DNA of 64,000 nucleotides from Candidatus Latescibacterota bacterium (GCA_963791045.1 CAWBQK010000004.1:96001-160000), one strand, 5' to 3'. Positions 37,094 to 47,264 are shown, counted from the first letter of the stretch. The notes: generated from the letters alone by a model not told the origin. Made by a program: numbers and translations.

Positions 37094-39583
37094 CTATCTC
37101 ACAAGATACTTTTTGATTTCGATCTCTGTACAGGCTTTGCCGACACGCGAATCGTCATTAAAAAGAAAATCGCGAATCGAGTAATTCGGGAGCAGCGGCT
37201 CTTCGACCAGCTGCAGCTGAACCTCGTAGTCCGTCTCGTTAAGGTCGGTGGGCAATCGGATATCGAATACTTCAAAACAATCGCGCGACACCGGCCACTC
37301 TGCCGGCCGGTAGTATCCGCCAAACGGACGATGATCTATGCGAAACCTCCTGAATGCGGCTTCTCTTCTCTCCCGGTACCTGCGAACGTACTTATCGCCG
37401 GGATACTTTGCCGACGATTCAAAATATTCACTGTCTTCAAAACGCAATCGAAGCGTCATTGGCAGTTTCTGCCGGATCTCCTCCGCCCCGCGGTATGACA
37501 GAGTTACCCGCATTTTCTCTCCCGGAAGACCGCTCTTCGGGTCAAAACGTATCCCGGTCACTTTGGGCTCAGATCCCACCGTTGACGTCGAGCACCGATC
37601 CATCCTCTCCTCCGGGGCCGTCTCAAACGGATCGAGGGGATGCCAGCTTACCCTGACGAACTCAAACCCGATCACTTCGTACAAAGCCACCTGATCGGTG
37701 TGATACACACGTTTGAACACCTCTTTGAAGCCGCCAAATTTTTTGTCGAGAACTGTTTTGAAAGCCGGATCCCAGTCGGCGAGAAAATCATGATAGGGTC
37801 GTGAGAACGATCCGTTTACGAGCACATACTCGACACCGAATCTTTTGATATCGTTGATGGCTTCGATCTGCGTCGTGTAGGGTGAGAGCGCGCTATGAAT
37901 CGCATTGAGTCGTTCGACCGCGTAACGGTCGTTCGGGTTGCCGTGCTGCCCCAAAACGGCAACAACGCGCGCATCACTGAATGCGCTCAACGCGTACCCT
38001 GTTACCGCGTCCGTTAATACCACGCTCTTTTTTGGAATCTTTTCATTGATAAACTCGATCGCCCCCAGGAGTTCCTCGTTCACCGGCGCACGCGCCCTCC
38101 CCGGCCGCACAGATTTGATATCATCGAGAAACGCATTCCCGCTCAACACAAACGGCCTCACAAGGACCAGAAGGCATCCGATGGCGGCGGCTCTTTTCAA
38201 CAGACCTCCGCGGCGTCCCCAGGACACAACCGAACCGACCACCAACGCGAGTATTACCAGCGCGGGAATTCCCAGGAGAAAACGGTGGACCAGGTAGTTC
38301 GCTTTTGAGTAAAACAACGGCGCCACGAACGGATTGAGCGCCGTCACCACTATCGGAATACTAAGCGCAAAACTCATCCAGCCGTAACGTTTGTGCTTTC
38401 GAATGAACGGTAAAAACAAAACAAAAAACAGCCCCACAAAAAATAAAAGCCCGTTCTTACGGATGATTTCCCCGGGGTTTGGAATAAAAAACTGATCTCC
38501 AATCCGGAAAAAATAGAGTAATCCGTGTGGATGCGTGTGAATTATGTTGCCGCCGCCGTAAAATCCAAAATACTTCCACGCGAGGACGATCCCCGAAAGA
38601 ACCCCGATAACGGCCCCGAGACGGATAATCCCGCCCCGAGTAAATCCAAACACGCGGGCGCCGACGAGCAAACCCACAAACATAAAACCGACATGGATTA
38701 CAACATCGATGTGGACAAGGCCGCCCCCCAATGTAACAAGCCCGATAACGGCGAGCGTCCTGCCGTCACGCCACTTGGCAAAGCGCAAACTCAACACCAG
38801 GAGAACCCAATAGAACACGAGCGACAGATGCTGTCCGTATCCGACCGAGCCGAAGAACTGACGGCCGATCCCGCCCTGGAACATGAGGAACAACACAAGA
38901 GCGAATGCGACAAAACCGGGCGCGGGAAGCAGCGCCGCCGCGAATCCGGCGAACCCGAGAAAGGCCACGGGCGCCAACACAACGGGGAGCCAGTTCCACA
39001 ATGTCAAAGGGTCAAGCGATGAGAGCGACGCGATCCCCGCCAGGAGCGGGTGAAACGCACCGGACCTCGGATCGCTTTGAGGAACTTCGCCGTCGGCAAA
39101 TACGACCGGGGCGAGAACTTCAGCCGGCGTCATCGAGTTGTCCGCGGCGATACTGCGCAAATACCCGAGATGGACAAAACCGTCCCCCCGGTAATCCAAC
39201 GCCGGCGGCGCCAGGACAAAAAACAACGCCAGCCCCAGGGCGAGGCCGGCGTAAATAACATTTCTTGGGGTCTTGTACCAGGCGTCTGTCGATCGGGGCC
39301 GTGGCTCTTCTTCCTTCATTCTGACAATCGTACCCGCATCGATAAGGAAAATCAAAGCGGCCGCAATTTCCAAGACGACGACGTATGTTCGAAAAGACAA
39401 AGCGGCAAGCCAGCACACCCACGACAACACAACAAAAACACTCAGACCCGCCAGAAATGCCGTGGGAATGCGGGTTTCGGGTGTCGTGAACTTCCCCGAA
39501 AAGAAACGACGGAGGAGCAACTCTCCGGGCACAAGGGAAAACAGCCCCATGACAAGCAAAAAACGGATAAACGCTGGGAACAC
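37094..39583 (-). CDS. Large polytopic membrane protein with C-terminal soluble domain (GT-C/DUF6077-like); true start may lie further upstream
   Basis: About 12 or more TM segments; D..(V)HL motif after the first TM block; VLTD...Y and YVLVN motifs resembling GT-C periplasmic domains; downstream of a DPM-like GT2. Confidence 0.55.
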   Translation of the reverse strand: MFPAFIRFLLVMGLFSLVPGELLLRRFFSGKFTTPETRIPTAFLAGLSVFVVLSWVCWLAALSFRTYVVVLEIAAALIFLIDAGTIVRMKEEEPRPRSTDAWYKTPRNVIYAGLALGLALFFVLAPPALDYRGDGFVHLGYLRSIAADNSMTPAEVLAPVVFADGEVPQSDPRSGAFHPLLAGIASLSSLDPLTLWNWLPVVLAPVAFLGFAGFAAALLPAPGFVAFALVLFLMFQGGIGRQFFGSVGYGQHLSLVFYWVLLVLSLRFAKWRDGRTLAVIGLVTLGGGLVHIDVVIHVGFMFVGLLVGARVFGFTRGGIIRLGAVIGVLSGIVLAWKYFGFYGGGNIIHTHPHGLLYFFRIGDQFFIPNPGEIIRKNGLLFFVGLFFVLFLPFIRKHKRYGWMSFALSIPIVVTALNPFVAPLFYSKANYLVHRFLLGIPALVILALVVGSVVSWGRRGGLLKRAAAIGCLLVLVRPFVLSGNAFLDDIKSVRPGRARAPVNEELLGAIEFINEKIPKKSVVLTDAVTGYALSAFSDARVVAVLGQHGNPNDRYAVERLNAIHSALSPYTTQIEAINDIKRFGVEYVLVNGSFSRPYHDFLADWDPAFKTVLDKKFGGFKEVFKRVYHTDQVALYEVIGFEFVRVSWHPLDPFETAPEERMDRCSTSTVGSEPKVTGIRFDPKSGLPGEKMRVTLSYRGAEEIRQKLPMTLRLRFEDSEYFESSAKYPGDKYVRRYRERREAAFRRFRIDHRPFGGYYRPAEWPVSRDCFEVFDIRLPTDLNETDYEVQLQLVEEPLLPNYSIRDFLFNDDSRVGKACTEIEIKKYLVR

Positions 39584-39660
39584 GCCGATGAGGCCCGATG
39601 ATACGAGCCCGACGAGAATGAGACCGAGGACCGGTAGCGATAGTATGCGGGACCGCTTCC

Positions 39661-40332
39661 CTATTGGAATCTCTTCTTTACCAGGAAAACAAGGTTCTTA
39701 AAACCGTCACGCCACTTTTCCAGCTTCACTTCACCAATTCGCGGATGATATTTGACATGATATTCGCTGAAGCGAATGTCTTTCGAGCGTATCGCTTCGA
39801 TTTTGATTTCTTCGGACAACGGCATACCATCGCTCGTGAGGTTCATGAACGGCAAAACCTTCGTGCGGTATATCCACATTCCGGACTGCGAGTCTTTGAT
39901 ATTTTTGCCGTAGAGTATGAGCATGGCGATGGTCAAAATCATGTTTCCCATCTTGTTCGTGCCCGTCATGGCCTCGGGGTTCTGCATGGGAAACCGTGCC
40001 GCCGATATAAAGTCGAGATCATTGTCGACGAGATAGTCGATAACTTCCTCGATCTGCTCGGATGGATACGTGCCGTCGCCATCCATGGTGACCGTGATGT
40101 CTTTTGTCGCAGCCGGCAAGCCCGCCTTGTAAGCAGCCCCGTAGCCCTTGCGTTTTTCGAACACTATTTTCGCGCCGAGCGCGGCGGATACCTCCGCCGT
40201 TCGGTCGGTGCTGTTATTGTCAACGACCACCACTTCGTCGACGCTTGGAGGCAATGAACGGATGACGTGCTGGATGCCTTCTTCTTCGTTGTAGCATGGA
40301 ATTACCACGCTTATCGTCAAATCTCTGTACAT
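39661..40332 (-). CDS. GT2 glycosyltransferase, polyprenol-phosphate glycosyltransferase (DPM1-like)
   Basis: VVIPCYNEE; VVDNNSTD; GYGAA; MDGDGTYP; DSQSG; R.GEVKL..WRDG. Confidence 0.9.
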   Translation of the reverse strand: MYRDLTISVVIPCYNEEEGIQHVIRSLPPSVDEVVVVDNNSTDRTAEVSAALGAKIVFEKRKGYGAAYKAGLPAATKDITVTMDGDGTYPSEQIEEVIDYLVDNDLDFISAARFPMQNPEAMTGTNKMGNMILTIAMLILYGKNIKDSQSGMWIYRTKVLPFMNLTSDGMPLSEEIKIEAIRSKDIRFSEYHVKYHPRIGEVKLEKWRDGFKNLVFLVKKRFQ

Positions 40333-40360
40333 CGATTACCTCCGTTAGCGCAAACCGGCG

Positions 40361-41875
40361 TTATCTGCTCATGAAATCGAGAAATTTCCTGACCGCCGGT
40401 ACCGGGACTGGACCAATCAGATCGAGTTCCTGCGGCCCTATCAGCCGCAACTTCTTGACTGACAATATGATAACAAACGCACACAGTGCAAGAGCAATCG
40501 TCAGCTCGAGGCCGCCCTTTATCAGCCCGGTGAACGGCAGCAGAAGCAAAACCGGGCTGGACGCAAGAAAACACTTTCCGATATAACCAAACGGGATTCG
40601 TGTGCCCTTCACATACCTGGATAGCACGACACGATACAATAGCGGCGACAGGGAAATCACCAGGGCAACAGGTATGATGGCGCCCATGATTCCAAACCGC
40701 GGTATCAACAACAGGTCAAGCCCGACGTTGATGACCGCGAGCACTATATATACTACCAGATTTACGTGGCTTTTCTCTATAACATAAAGCGCCATACTCA
40801 GCGGAGTCCCAAGAAACGATATCGGAAATATTGCAAAGAATAACTGTGTGGGAAGCGCCGCCGGCGCCATGGCCTCGCCGTACAGAATTGGAACAATCCT
40901 GCCACTGAGGACGATTCCAATCACACATATAGGGGCCGAAAGGAGAAACAGCATCCGGTAATAACGGTCAATCGCTTTATTCAGGTTCGAGGCATCCCTT
41001 GCGTAAACCTCCGAAACTCCCGCCATTATTATCGGCCACACCGTCAACGGTATGAACTCCAGAACCGTCTGCGGCATCCTGTATGCGAGATCGAAAAACC
41101 CCACTTCGGCTGCTGTTCTGAAATGGGCAAGGAAGAGCGTTTCCGACTGTCTCCACACGATTACGTTGAGGATTCCGATCAAAGTGAAAGGCAAAGAGAA
41201 TTTCAGCACCCGCATCCGGTCGACACGGGCCGACTCTCCCTGGGGTCTTTCGATATGGAGAACCCCCCACACCTTTCGCGCCACGACCAGAGTACCCGCG
41301 AGGTTTCCCGCCGCGGTCGCTGCGAACACGCCCAGAACCCCGTAGCCCATGGGAAGCAGAATAAGGAGAAATCCGATAAAGACGGAGTGGGCAACAACGT
41401 TCGCCGCACTCAGGCGTTTTGTGTCGTAATACGCGTTGAGGATTTGCGAGAATAGTTTCCACACCATCTCGAAGACGAGAAGGCCGACCGATATCCAGAG
41501 TATTCTGCCGATTCCTTCGAACCCGAAGAACGACTCGAACCAGCCCGAGAGAAGATAGCACAAACCGACAAGAACGACCCACGCCAGGGTCTGAACCGCG
41601 ATTATTCTTCGAACGAGTATTCTCGCGCCCTTGCCGTCCCCGGCCACTTTGAACACCGGTATGAACTTGAGAACGGCCTGGATCAAACCCATCCCCGCAA
41701 TGATACTTACAAAAACCAGCGTCACCCGAAGCAGGCTCAGCACCCCATAGTCGTCCTTGCCGAGCGATCTGACAACAATCACACTGCTCACGAAACCAAG
41801 CACAAAACGCGCGATGCGCGCGCCCACACTCCAAAACATCGCCTGACCGACCTGGTGCTTCGCCTCACCCATCAA
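40361..41875 (-). CDS. wzx: Wzx flippase
   Basis: About 14 TM segments; RSLGKDDYG; EVGFFDLAYR; NVGLDLLLIPRFGIMGA. Confidence 0.85.
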   Translation of the reverse strand: MMGEAKHQVGQAMFWSVGARIARFVLGFVSSVIVVRSLGKDDYGVLSLLRVTLVFVSIIAGMGLIQAVLKFIPVFKVAGDGKGARILVRRIIAVQTLAWVVLVGLCYLLSGWFESFFGFEGIGRILWISVGLLVFEMVWKLFSQILNAYYDTKRLSAANVVAHSVFIGFLLILLPMGYGVLGVFAATAAGNLAGTLVVARKVWGVLHIERPQGESARVDRMRVLKFSLPFTLIGILNVIVWRQSETLFLAHFRTAAEVGFFDLAYRMPQTVLEFIPLTVWPIIMAGVSEVYARDASNLNKAIDRYYRMLFLLSAPICVIGIVLSGRIVPILYGEAMAPAALPTQLFFAIFPISFLGTPLSMALYVIEKSHVNLVVYIVLAVINVGLDLLLIPRFGIMGAIIPVALVISLSPLLYRVVLSRYVKGTRIPFGYIGKCFLASSPVLLLLPFTGLIKGGLELTIALALCAFVIILSVKKLRLIGPQELDLIGPVPVPAVRKFLDFMSR

Positions 41876-43017
41876 AACCCCTCCCGCACCTGGCGCGCCA
41901 GCAGTTCCTTGAGATCAAGTATTGACCCGGGACGTGGACACTTGTTGTTATTCGTGAGAAAGCATCCCAGCGAATAGGGATCTCCGGGATGATAACCGTG
42001 CATTGCCGCAACGGGCTCCTGCCCCATGTAGCTCGGAACGATCAGCTTGCCCGGATCCACCAGAAAAATCACCTCGCCGTAGGCGTCGTCATCAAACCCG
42101 CAACCGAGCGATTCGAGTTCGGCGTCCGGGATCACCCGCCCCCAACGAGTCGAGTTCAGTTTTTCGATAAGATCGTCTTTAATACCGGGTTTGCACCAGA
42201 AACGCGCCATGGTCGAATCGTAAAACGACAGAAAATCCCGTCCCAACCGGAAGCCCCAACCCTCTATTGCGCTTTTCAGGTCAACTACCGTATCCACATC
42301 GGTCATCCCGTGGTCGCTAAAAAGGAAAAGACTCGCTTCCCTCCCGGCGTCCTCGGCCGCAGCGATGATTTTGCCTATGTAATCCTCGTATAGTCTTAAC
42401 TTGTCAATCACTTCGTCGTGACCGATGCCCACGCGGTGCATCAGGGCGTCAAGTTCGGCGGTGTAAAGAAACAACACGGATTCATCCGAGTCGACGGCCC
42501 GCAAAAGCGCTTCGAAATTCTCTTTTTCAGGAGTCTTGTAGGTCCATACACGATACCCGACATCTTCGCTCTCCAAACGGTCGAAGAACGACTCCTTCTT
42601 CAGGCCGCCGGCCGTATATGGGTCTCCACGCTGCGCCACATCGAAATAACCAAGCACGTTTAATGGAATTTCGTAGAGGTCGTAGTACCCTCTTATCGTT
42701 TTTCGTTTTTCAAGAAACCATTTTGTAACAACGCGCATTCGCCACTCCAGCGCATGCGGAAGTCTCGGGAGATATCGAAGCAGCTTGAAAGGAGAACGAT
42801 CCGGAGCGTAGCGGTACATCGCCCAGGATCCATGAGCAGACGGTGGTGTGCCGCTAAGAAGCGACGGGATCGCCGCGGAGCTATACCCGAGGACGGTGTC
42901 TAGCGGTCCGCTCGACGGGAGAAGATTTTTGCAAAACCCCGTCCCGCGGACGATCTCCCAACCCAACGCATCAACGAGTACTATGACGGTGAGCGGGGCT
43001 CCCGGAGACGGCGTCAT
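41872..43017 (-). CDS. Alkaline phosphatase superfamily protein (nucleotide pyrophosphatase/phosphodiesterase-like)
   Basis: LVDALG; GYSS (nucleophile region); LDALMH; FSDHGM; MHGY. Confidence 0.8.
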   Translation of the reverse strand: MTPSPGAPLTVIVLVDALGWEIVRGTGFCKNLLPSSGPLDTVLGYSSAAIPSLLSGTPPSAHGSWAMYRYAPDRSPFKLLRYLPRLPHALEWRMRVVTKWFLEKRKTIRGYYDLYEIPLNVLGYFDVAQRGDPYTAGGLKKESFFDRLESEDVGYRVWTYKTPEKENFEALLRAVDSDESVLFLYTAELDALMHRVGIGHDEVIDKLRLYEDYIGKIIAAAEDAGREASLFLFSDHGMTDVDTVVDLKSAIEGWGFRLGRDFLSFYDSTMARFWCKPGIKDDLIEKLNSTRWGRVIPDAELESLGCGFDDDAYGEVIFLVDPGKLIVPSYMGQEPVAAMHGYHPGDPYSLGCFLTNNNKCPRPGSILDLKELLARQVREGF

Positions 43018-44201
43018 GTGGTCTCCTTGAACATCTTTCGGCTTCGTTCGGAAAGCGCCCCTTCGGTGTACCCGAAAGATCTCGTCAATTCGTTCAAACA
43101 GCTCAAATAACCGCTTTCGAGTTTCTTTACCCGAACGTTGGCCCCGGCAAAATTTTCTCCATCGTGCTCGAGCAGAACTTCGACGGCGCCCCAGAGTCGA
43201 AGCGACTCAACCGGCGAGTACCTCGACAGCCTGTCCGCGCGATTGATCAACCGGATCCGGGAAACCGACATTCTCTTGGCGAGGGCAAGAACTTCCCGAA
43301 GGTTGCTCTTCCAGCGACCCTTCCGGCAACGCCAGGCTATGAGATTCGCCCAGCTGCTCGTGTCACCCGCACCGAGTCTACCGGCGATCATCCGCCATAC
43401 TTCGAGAAGAATCGACTCTGCTTCATCGCACGCTTCCGGCGGTCCTGCCCCGGGCTCTTCCGTGCCCGAGTAAAGCGCCTCGAGCGACGCCACACACTCG
43501 TCGAAACACGCGTCGGTTCCGGTCGGACAAAAAACATCTTTTTCGGATCCCGTCAGGATTGCACGGAAATCGGAAATCCGATCCGACCATTCGGTCGAAT
43601 ACCTGCCGAGCGTGATGAGAATCGCCGTAGCCACGTCTACACATGCTTTCAACCGTGTATAGCGAAGATAGCGTTCGATCTCGGCTGAACCACTCAATTC
43701 GAGCTGCGAGGCCAGGTCGCGAATTTCGGAGAGCCTGTTTTCAAGGATGTACATCGCTTCCGTCGGGTCGATTCGCGCAACCTCGAATATCTCAGCCTTT
43801 TTGGGAGTTTCCTCGTTTCCGAAGAGCAACGTATACCTGGGGAATATTTCCACCGTCCCCGGTCGCGATTTCTGCGCGAGGAAATCTTCTATTGAAAACA
43901 CACCAATATCAGGCTCAGGAAAAATCCTGAACCTCTCCCCCGTTCGAGCAATCTCTGCTAAGGCATTCCGAACTCGTCCCCGCGCGTTTTCGAGGCCGAT
44001 GCTGTCTTTGATGATGACGTAGATATCGAGATCGGAGTAGATCTCAAGGGTGTCAGATTGCAGACTGGACGCGACCCGATTACGAGGCACACTGCCCGCC
44101 ATGAATATCGAGTCGATATTGTCTTTTCCAAGAATGTCGAGAATCGTCCGAACGATTTGTTGGGCGAAGTTGGAGAGAATCTGGTTGGCTTTGGAATTCA
44201 T
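43014..44201 (-). CDS. Pol-beta-like nucleotidyltransferase domain protein with helical C-terminal region
   Basis: IFMAGSVPR...YSDLDIYVI and a later DIG match the GS/DxD/D triad. Confidence 0.6.
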   Translation of the reverse strand: MNSKANQILSNFAQQIVRTILDILGKDNIDSIFMAGSVPRNRVASSLQSDTLEIYSDLDIYVIIKDSIGLENARGRVRNALAEIARTGERFRIFPEPDIGVFSIEDFLAQKSRPGTVEIFPRYTLLFGNEETPKKAEIFEVARIDPTEAMYILENRLSEIRDLASQLELSGSAEIERYLRYTRLKACVDVATAILITLGRYSTEWSDRISDFRAILTGSEKDVFCPTGTDACFDECVASLEALYSGTEEPGAGPPEACDEAESILLEVWRMIAGRLGAGDTSSWANLIAWRCRKGRWKSNLREVLALAKRMSVSRIRLINRADRLSRYSPVESLRLWGAVEVLLEHDGENFAGANVRVKKLESGYLSCLNELTRSFGYTEGALSERSRKMFKETT

Positions 44202-44252
44202 TGGAGTCGCTGACCGTCGATCGGCTCGAAAGTGCTGAACACACTCGGCAAG

Positions 44253-45038
44253 CTAAATACGCCGATAGATAAAGTCAGGTATGTAATACCTTTTACGGTT
44301 GAGAACAACTCCCAACATTCTTCCATTGAAGTTCTTAATTGACTCGATGGCGCGTGCGACGGCCTCCCTCTTTGTCCTTCCCGAATGCACAACCATTACA
44401 ACGCCGTCGACAAACTCCGCCATCGGTGGTGTCTCCGGCGCGCTCAGCACCGGCGGCGCATCGACAATTATCGTATCAAAATTCTTCAGCGCCTCCGCGA
44501 GAAGCCTCGGAAATACCTTGTTCAGGTGAAGTTGAATGACGGTTGCATCCTGGTGTCCTACATGTAAAACACAAAGGGCGTCCTCTTCGGTTCTCTGAAC
44601 GAGCTCCGCGAGGCCGTTGCCCGAGGTAAAATACTCGGTGATCCCCGATTCGCCGTTTGTCGAGAAAACATCCGAAAAAGTTGGTCTCCGCGCGTTCATC
44701 TCGCACACAAGAACCCGCTCGTCGCCCTGCATGGCCAGGATCTTGGCGAAATTCGCGGCAATCGTCGTCGTGCCCTCACCACCCATCGCACTAGTAAAGA
44801 GAATCACTCTTTTGGTTTTGCCGGCCAGTTCCACCTCAATCGAGTTACGAAGAATTCCGAGCTGGCGCAGAAGCTCGTCGGAAAATCCGGCTGTTTCCGC
44901 CACGCGGTGGGTATTCTCCCGGGATGCCGATGGACGCGGCGTCTGTTGCGTGACGCTCTCGGCGGTAGATTTCGAGTCCTCGGCACGTTTACGCCTCTCA
45001 TCCTCGGCCCGGCGCATCGAATCGAACATTTTACTCAT
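44253..45038 (-). CDS. CpsD/CapB (Wzc C-terminal) BY-kinase homologue with degenerate Walker A/A'
   Basis: FTSAMGGEGTTT; VCEMNARRP; IIVDAPP; GVVLN; YYIP..IY tail. Confidence 0.85.
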   Translation of the reverse strand: MSKMFDSMRRAEDERRKRAEDSKSTAESVTQQTPRPSASRENTHRVAETAGFSDELLRQLGILRNSIEVELAGKTKRVILFTSAMGGEGTTTIAANFAKILAMQGDERVLVCEMNARRPTFSDVFSTNGESGITEYFTSGNGLAELVQRTEEDALCVLHVGHQDATVIQLHLNKVFPRLLAEALKNFDTIIVDAPPVLSAPETPPMAEFVDGVVMVVHSGRTKREAVARAIESIKNFNGRMLGVVLNRKRYYIPDFIYRRI

Positions 45039-45880
45039 GCAGCACCTCCGGATTCAGCTCGCCATTCCTGGACGCCGCCACTGAGTTCATTCGCCGTTGC
45101 TTCAACCATATCCACTCCGATTGTCGTACTCCGCTGAAGACATCCGCGCACCATCACCTGGTCACAAATTGTGTTGATTAGTCTTGGGATGCCACCGGAG
45201 TATTCAAAGATCGCCCGCTGAGCGTCCGACGTAAACTTGATATTTCCATTCGACATTCCTGCCGTCCTCAGCCTGAAATCTATATACTCCTCGACTTCGC
45301 GAGCCCTCAAGTTTCTCATCTCGAGAACACCGGGGATTCTCTGTCGGAGCTGTCGAAGGCTTCTCTTTGTCAGCATCTCGGCCAGCTCCGGTTGCCCGAC
45401 GAGAACGATCTGGACGAGTTTTTGTTGATCGGTTTCAAGGTTCGAAAGCAGTCGCAACTCTTCCAAAACCTCCGGCGCCAGGTTTTGCGCCTCATCGATA
45501 ACGATAACGGGGTTCTGGTGCTGCGCGAAACGATCGATAAGAAACGAATTCAAACGACTAAGCATCTTAACTTTGCTCGTGTCTTCAATCTCTATTCCAA
45601 AATCCTGAAGGATCAAATAAAGCATTTCCTCGAAGTTCACGTTTGTGTTCAGCACAAAAGCAACCTCAAGGCACGGGTGAAAAGTGTGCACAAAAGCTCG
45701 TACGATCGTCGTCTTGCCAATCCCCACTTCACCGGTAACAGCCAGGAAGCCCTTTTTGCCAAAAAGCCCGTAAGCCACGTACGCGAGAGCCTCGCGATGC
45801 CCTTGACTCCGATATAGAAATCTCGGATCGGGAGTTGACCCGAAGGGCGGTTCGTTTAGATGATAAAAGGCTTCGTACAT
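45035..45880 (-). CDS. ExeA-like AAA ATPase (PEP-CTERM/XrtA-locus type)
   Basis: MYEAFYHL..PF..TPDPRF; GEVGIGKTT; IDEAQNL; LEELRLLSNLET; GQPEL; SGGIPRLIN. Confidence 0.9.
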   Translation of the reverse strand: MYEAFYHLNEPPFGSTPDPRFLYRSQGHREALAYVAYGLFGKKGFLAVTGEVGIGKTTIVRAFVHTFHPCLEVAFVLNTNVNFEEMLYLILQDFGIEIEDTSKVKMLSRLNSFLIDRFAQHQNPVIVIDEAQNLAPEVLEELRLLSNLETDQQKLVQIVLVGQPELAEMLTKRSLRQLRQRIPGVLEMRNLRAREVEEYIDFRLRTAGMSNGNIKFTSDAQRAIFEYSGGIPRLINTICDQVMVRGCLQRSTTIGVDMVEATANELSGGVQEWRAESGGAA

Positions 45881-45881
45881 G

Positions 45882-47264
45882 CTACTTCTTTTCGGATATC
45901 TCCGTAATCGTCGCAAGAACCCTCGATCCAATATACTCTTCGACTTCCGCGGGATTCTTCAGCGAGTGATCCATACTCTCGAAGAAAAACGCGAGACCCA
46001 GGGCGACGATAATGCTCAAAAAAGGACCGACTGCTAAACGGATGACATCGCCGCTCCGACGCGGCCAGGCCTTCCCCGGCGGCGTCAGAGTCGTCACCTC
46101 GAAATCGCTCCTCGACGCAACGGCGATCTCCGCTTCGTTCTGTCTTTTCAGCAGCGTCTGGTATTTGTTCTCATAAGCGGTAATCTTGCTTTCGATCCGA
46201 GAGAGTTCTTTTTGTTTTTCTGGAACACCCGTAATCTGTCCTTCGATCCGAGCGACATCCGCCTCCAGCGACCTCTGTTTGGCCGACAGGGCTTCATACT
46301 TCGAGATCGCAGCCTCGTGAGCGTTGACGATTTCCTGTGACAACTGCGATCGAAGATCCGAGATCTGATTGTCGACAGAAATAATCGAGGGGTGTTTCTC
46401 CGTGTACTTCGTCAGCAATTCTTCCCTGTCGGACATGGCCTTCTGGAGCGCAAAACGAATATCCGTCAAAATTCTTGATTGAATCGGCCCGTCCGAGGTC
46501 GTGGTCGATAACTTATCTTCGAGAACTTCGGCGGGCAACTGCGTCAGCTCCTCGAGCCTTTTGACGCGGATCATCTGCGCGGACAACTCACTTCTATTAT
46601 CGGCGACCGCAACCTCCAGACGCGAGAGTTGGAACATCAGGTGATTGCCTTCTTCGGTCACACCGAGGTATTCCTCCCCCTGCAGAAACTCGCTCTTTCG
46701 CCGCCTCCATTCCGTGACCTCTGTGAGCGCTCCGTCGATCTCCGATTCAAAAAAATCAGTTACCGCGGGCGGCGCGCTTTTCTTTTCGTAATATGCGATA
46801 TAAGCATTCGTAACCGCCGCACAGCCGTATTGGCACTCGATGGGATCGAGTCCTGAGTATCCAATCAAGATTACGTTGGACTCGCCGACCACGTCGGCCC
46901 GCACCGACCCAGCGTTAAAACTGCGGGTGCCTTCGAGGTTATTTGCCTTTAACGAATCGGCGAAAATCCTGCGCGCCTCTCCAAAAACCGCTTCGGAAAG
47001 GATAACCTCGAGCTGGGAGCTCATCTCCTCGGCCCAACCGAGATATCGCGCGTTCGCATCGAACACGGTTGACCGCTCTCCCCTCTGGACAAGAATTCGC
47101 GCGCTTGCCGAATATGTGAGCGGCTTCGAGACTTTCATAAAAAAGATGAAGAAAGTCGTAAGACCGAAAATCGCAATAATGAGGTATTTCCAGCGAAACA
47201 CAACATTGAGGAAGTCCCTCAGCGTCGCTTCTTGTTTTTTTACATCGTAGTCAGCCATAGCCAC
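45882..47264 (-). CDS. Polysaccharide co-polymerase (Wzz/GumC, Wzc N-terminal part)
   Basis: TLRDFL.VVFR; two terminal TMs around coiled coil; YTEKHP; E.MDHS. Confidence 0.85.
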   Translation of the reverse strand: MAMADYDVKKQEATLRDFLNVVFRWKYLIIAIFGLTTFFIFFMKVSKPLTYSASARILVQRGERSTVFDANARYLGWAEEMSSQLEVILSEAVFGEARRIFADSLKANNLEGTRSFNAGSVRADVVGESNVILIGYSGLDPIECQYGCAAVTNAYIAYYEKKSAPPAVTDFFESEIDGALTEVTEWRRRKSEFLQGEEYLGVTEEGNHLMFQLSRLEVAVADNRSELSAQMIRVKRLEELTQLPAEVLEDKLSTTTSDGPIQSRILTDIRFALQKAMSDREELLTKYTEKHPSIISVDNQISDLRSQLSQEIVNAHEAAISKYEALSAKQRSLEADVARIEGQITGVPEKQKELSRIESKITAYENKYQTLLKRQNEAEIAVASRSDFEVTTLTPPGKAWPRRSGDVIRLAVGPFLSIIVALGLAFFFESMDHSLKNPAEVEEYIGSRVLATITEISEKK

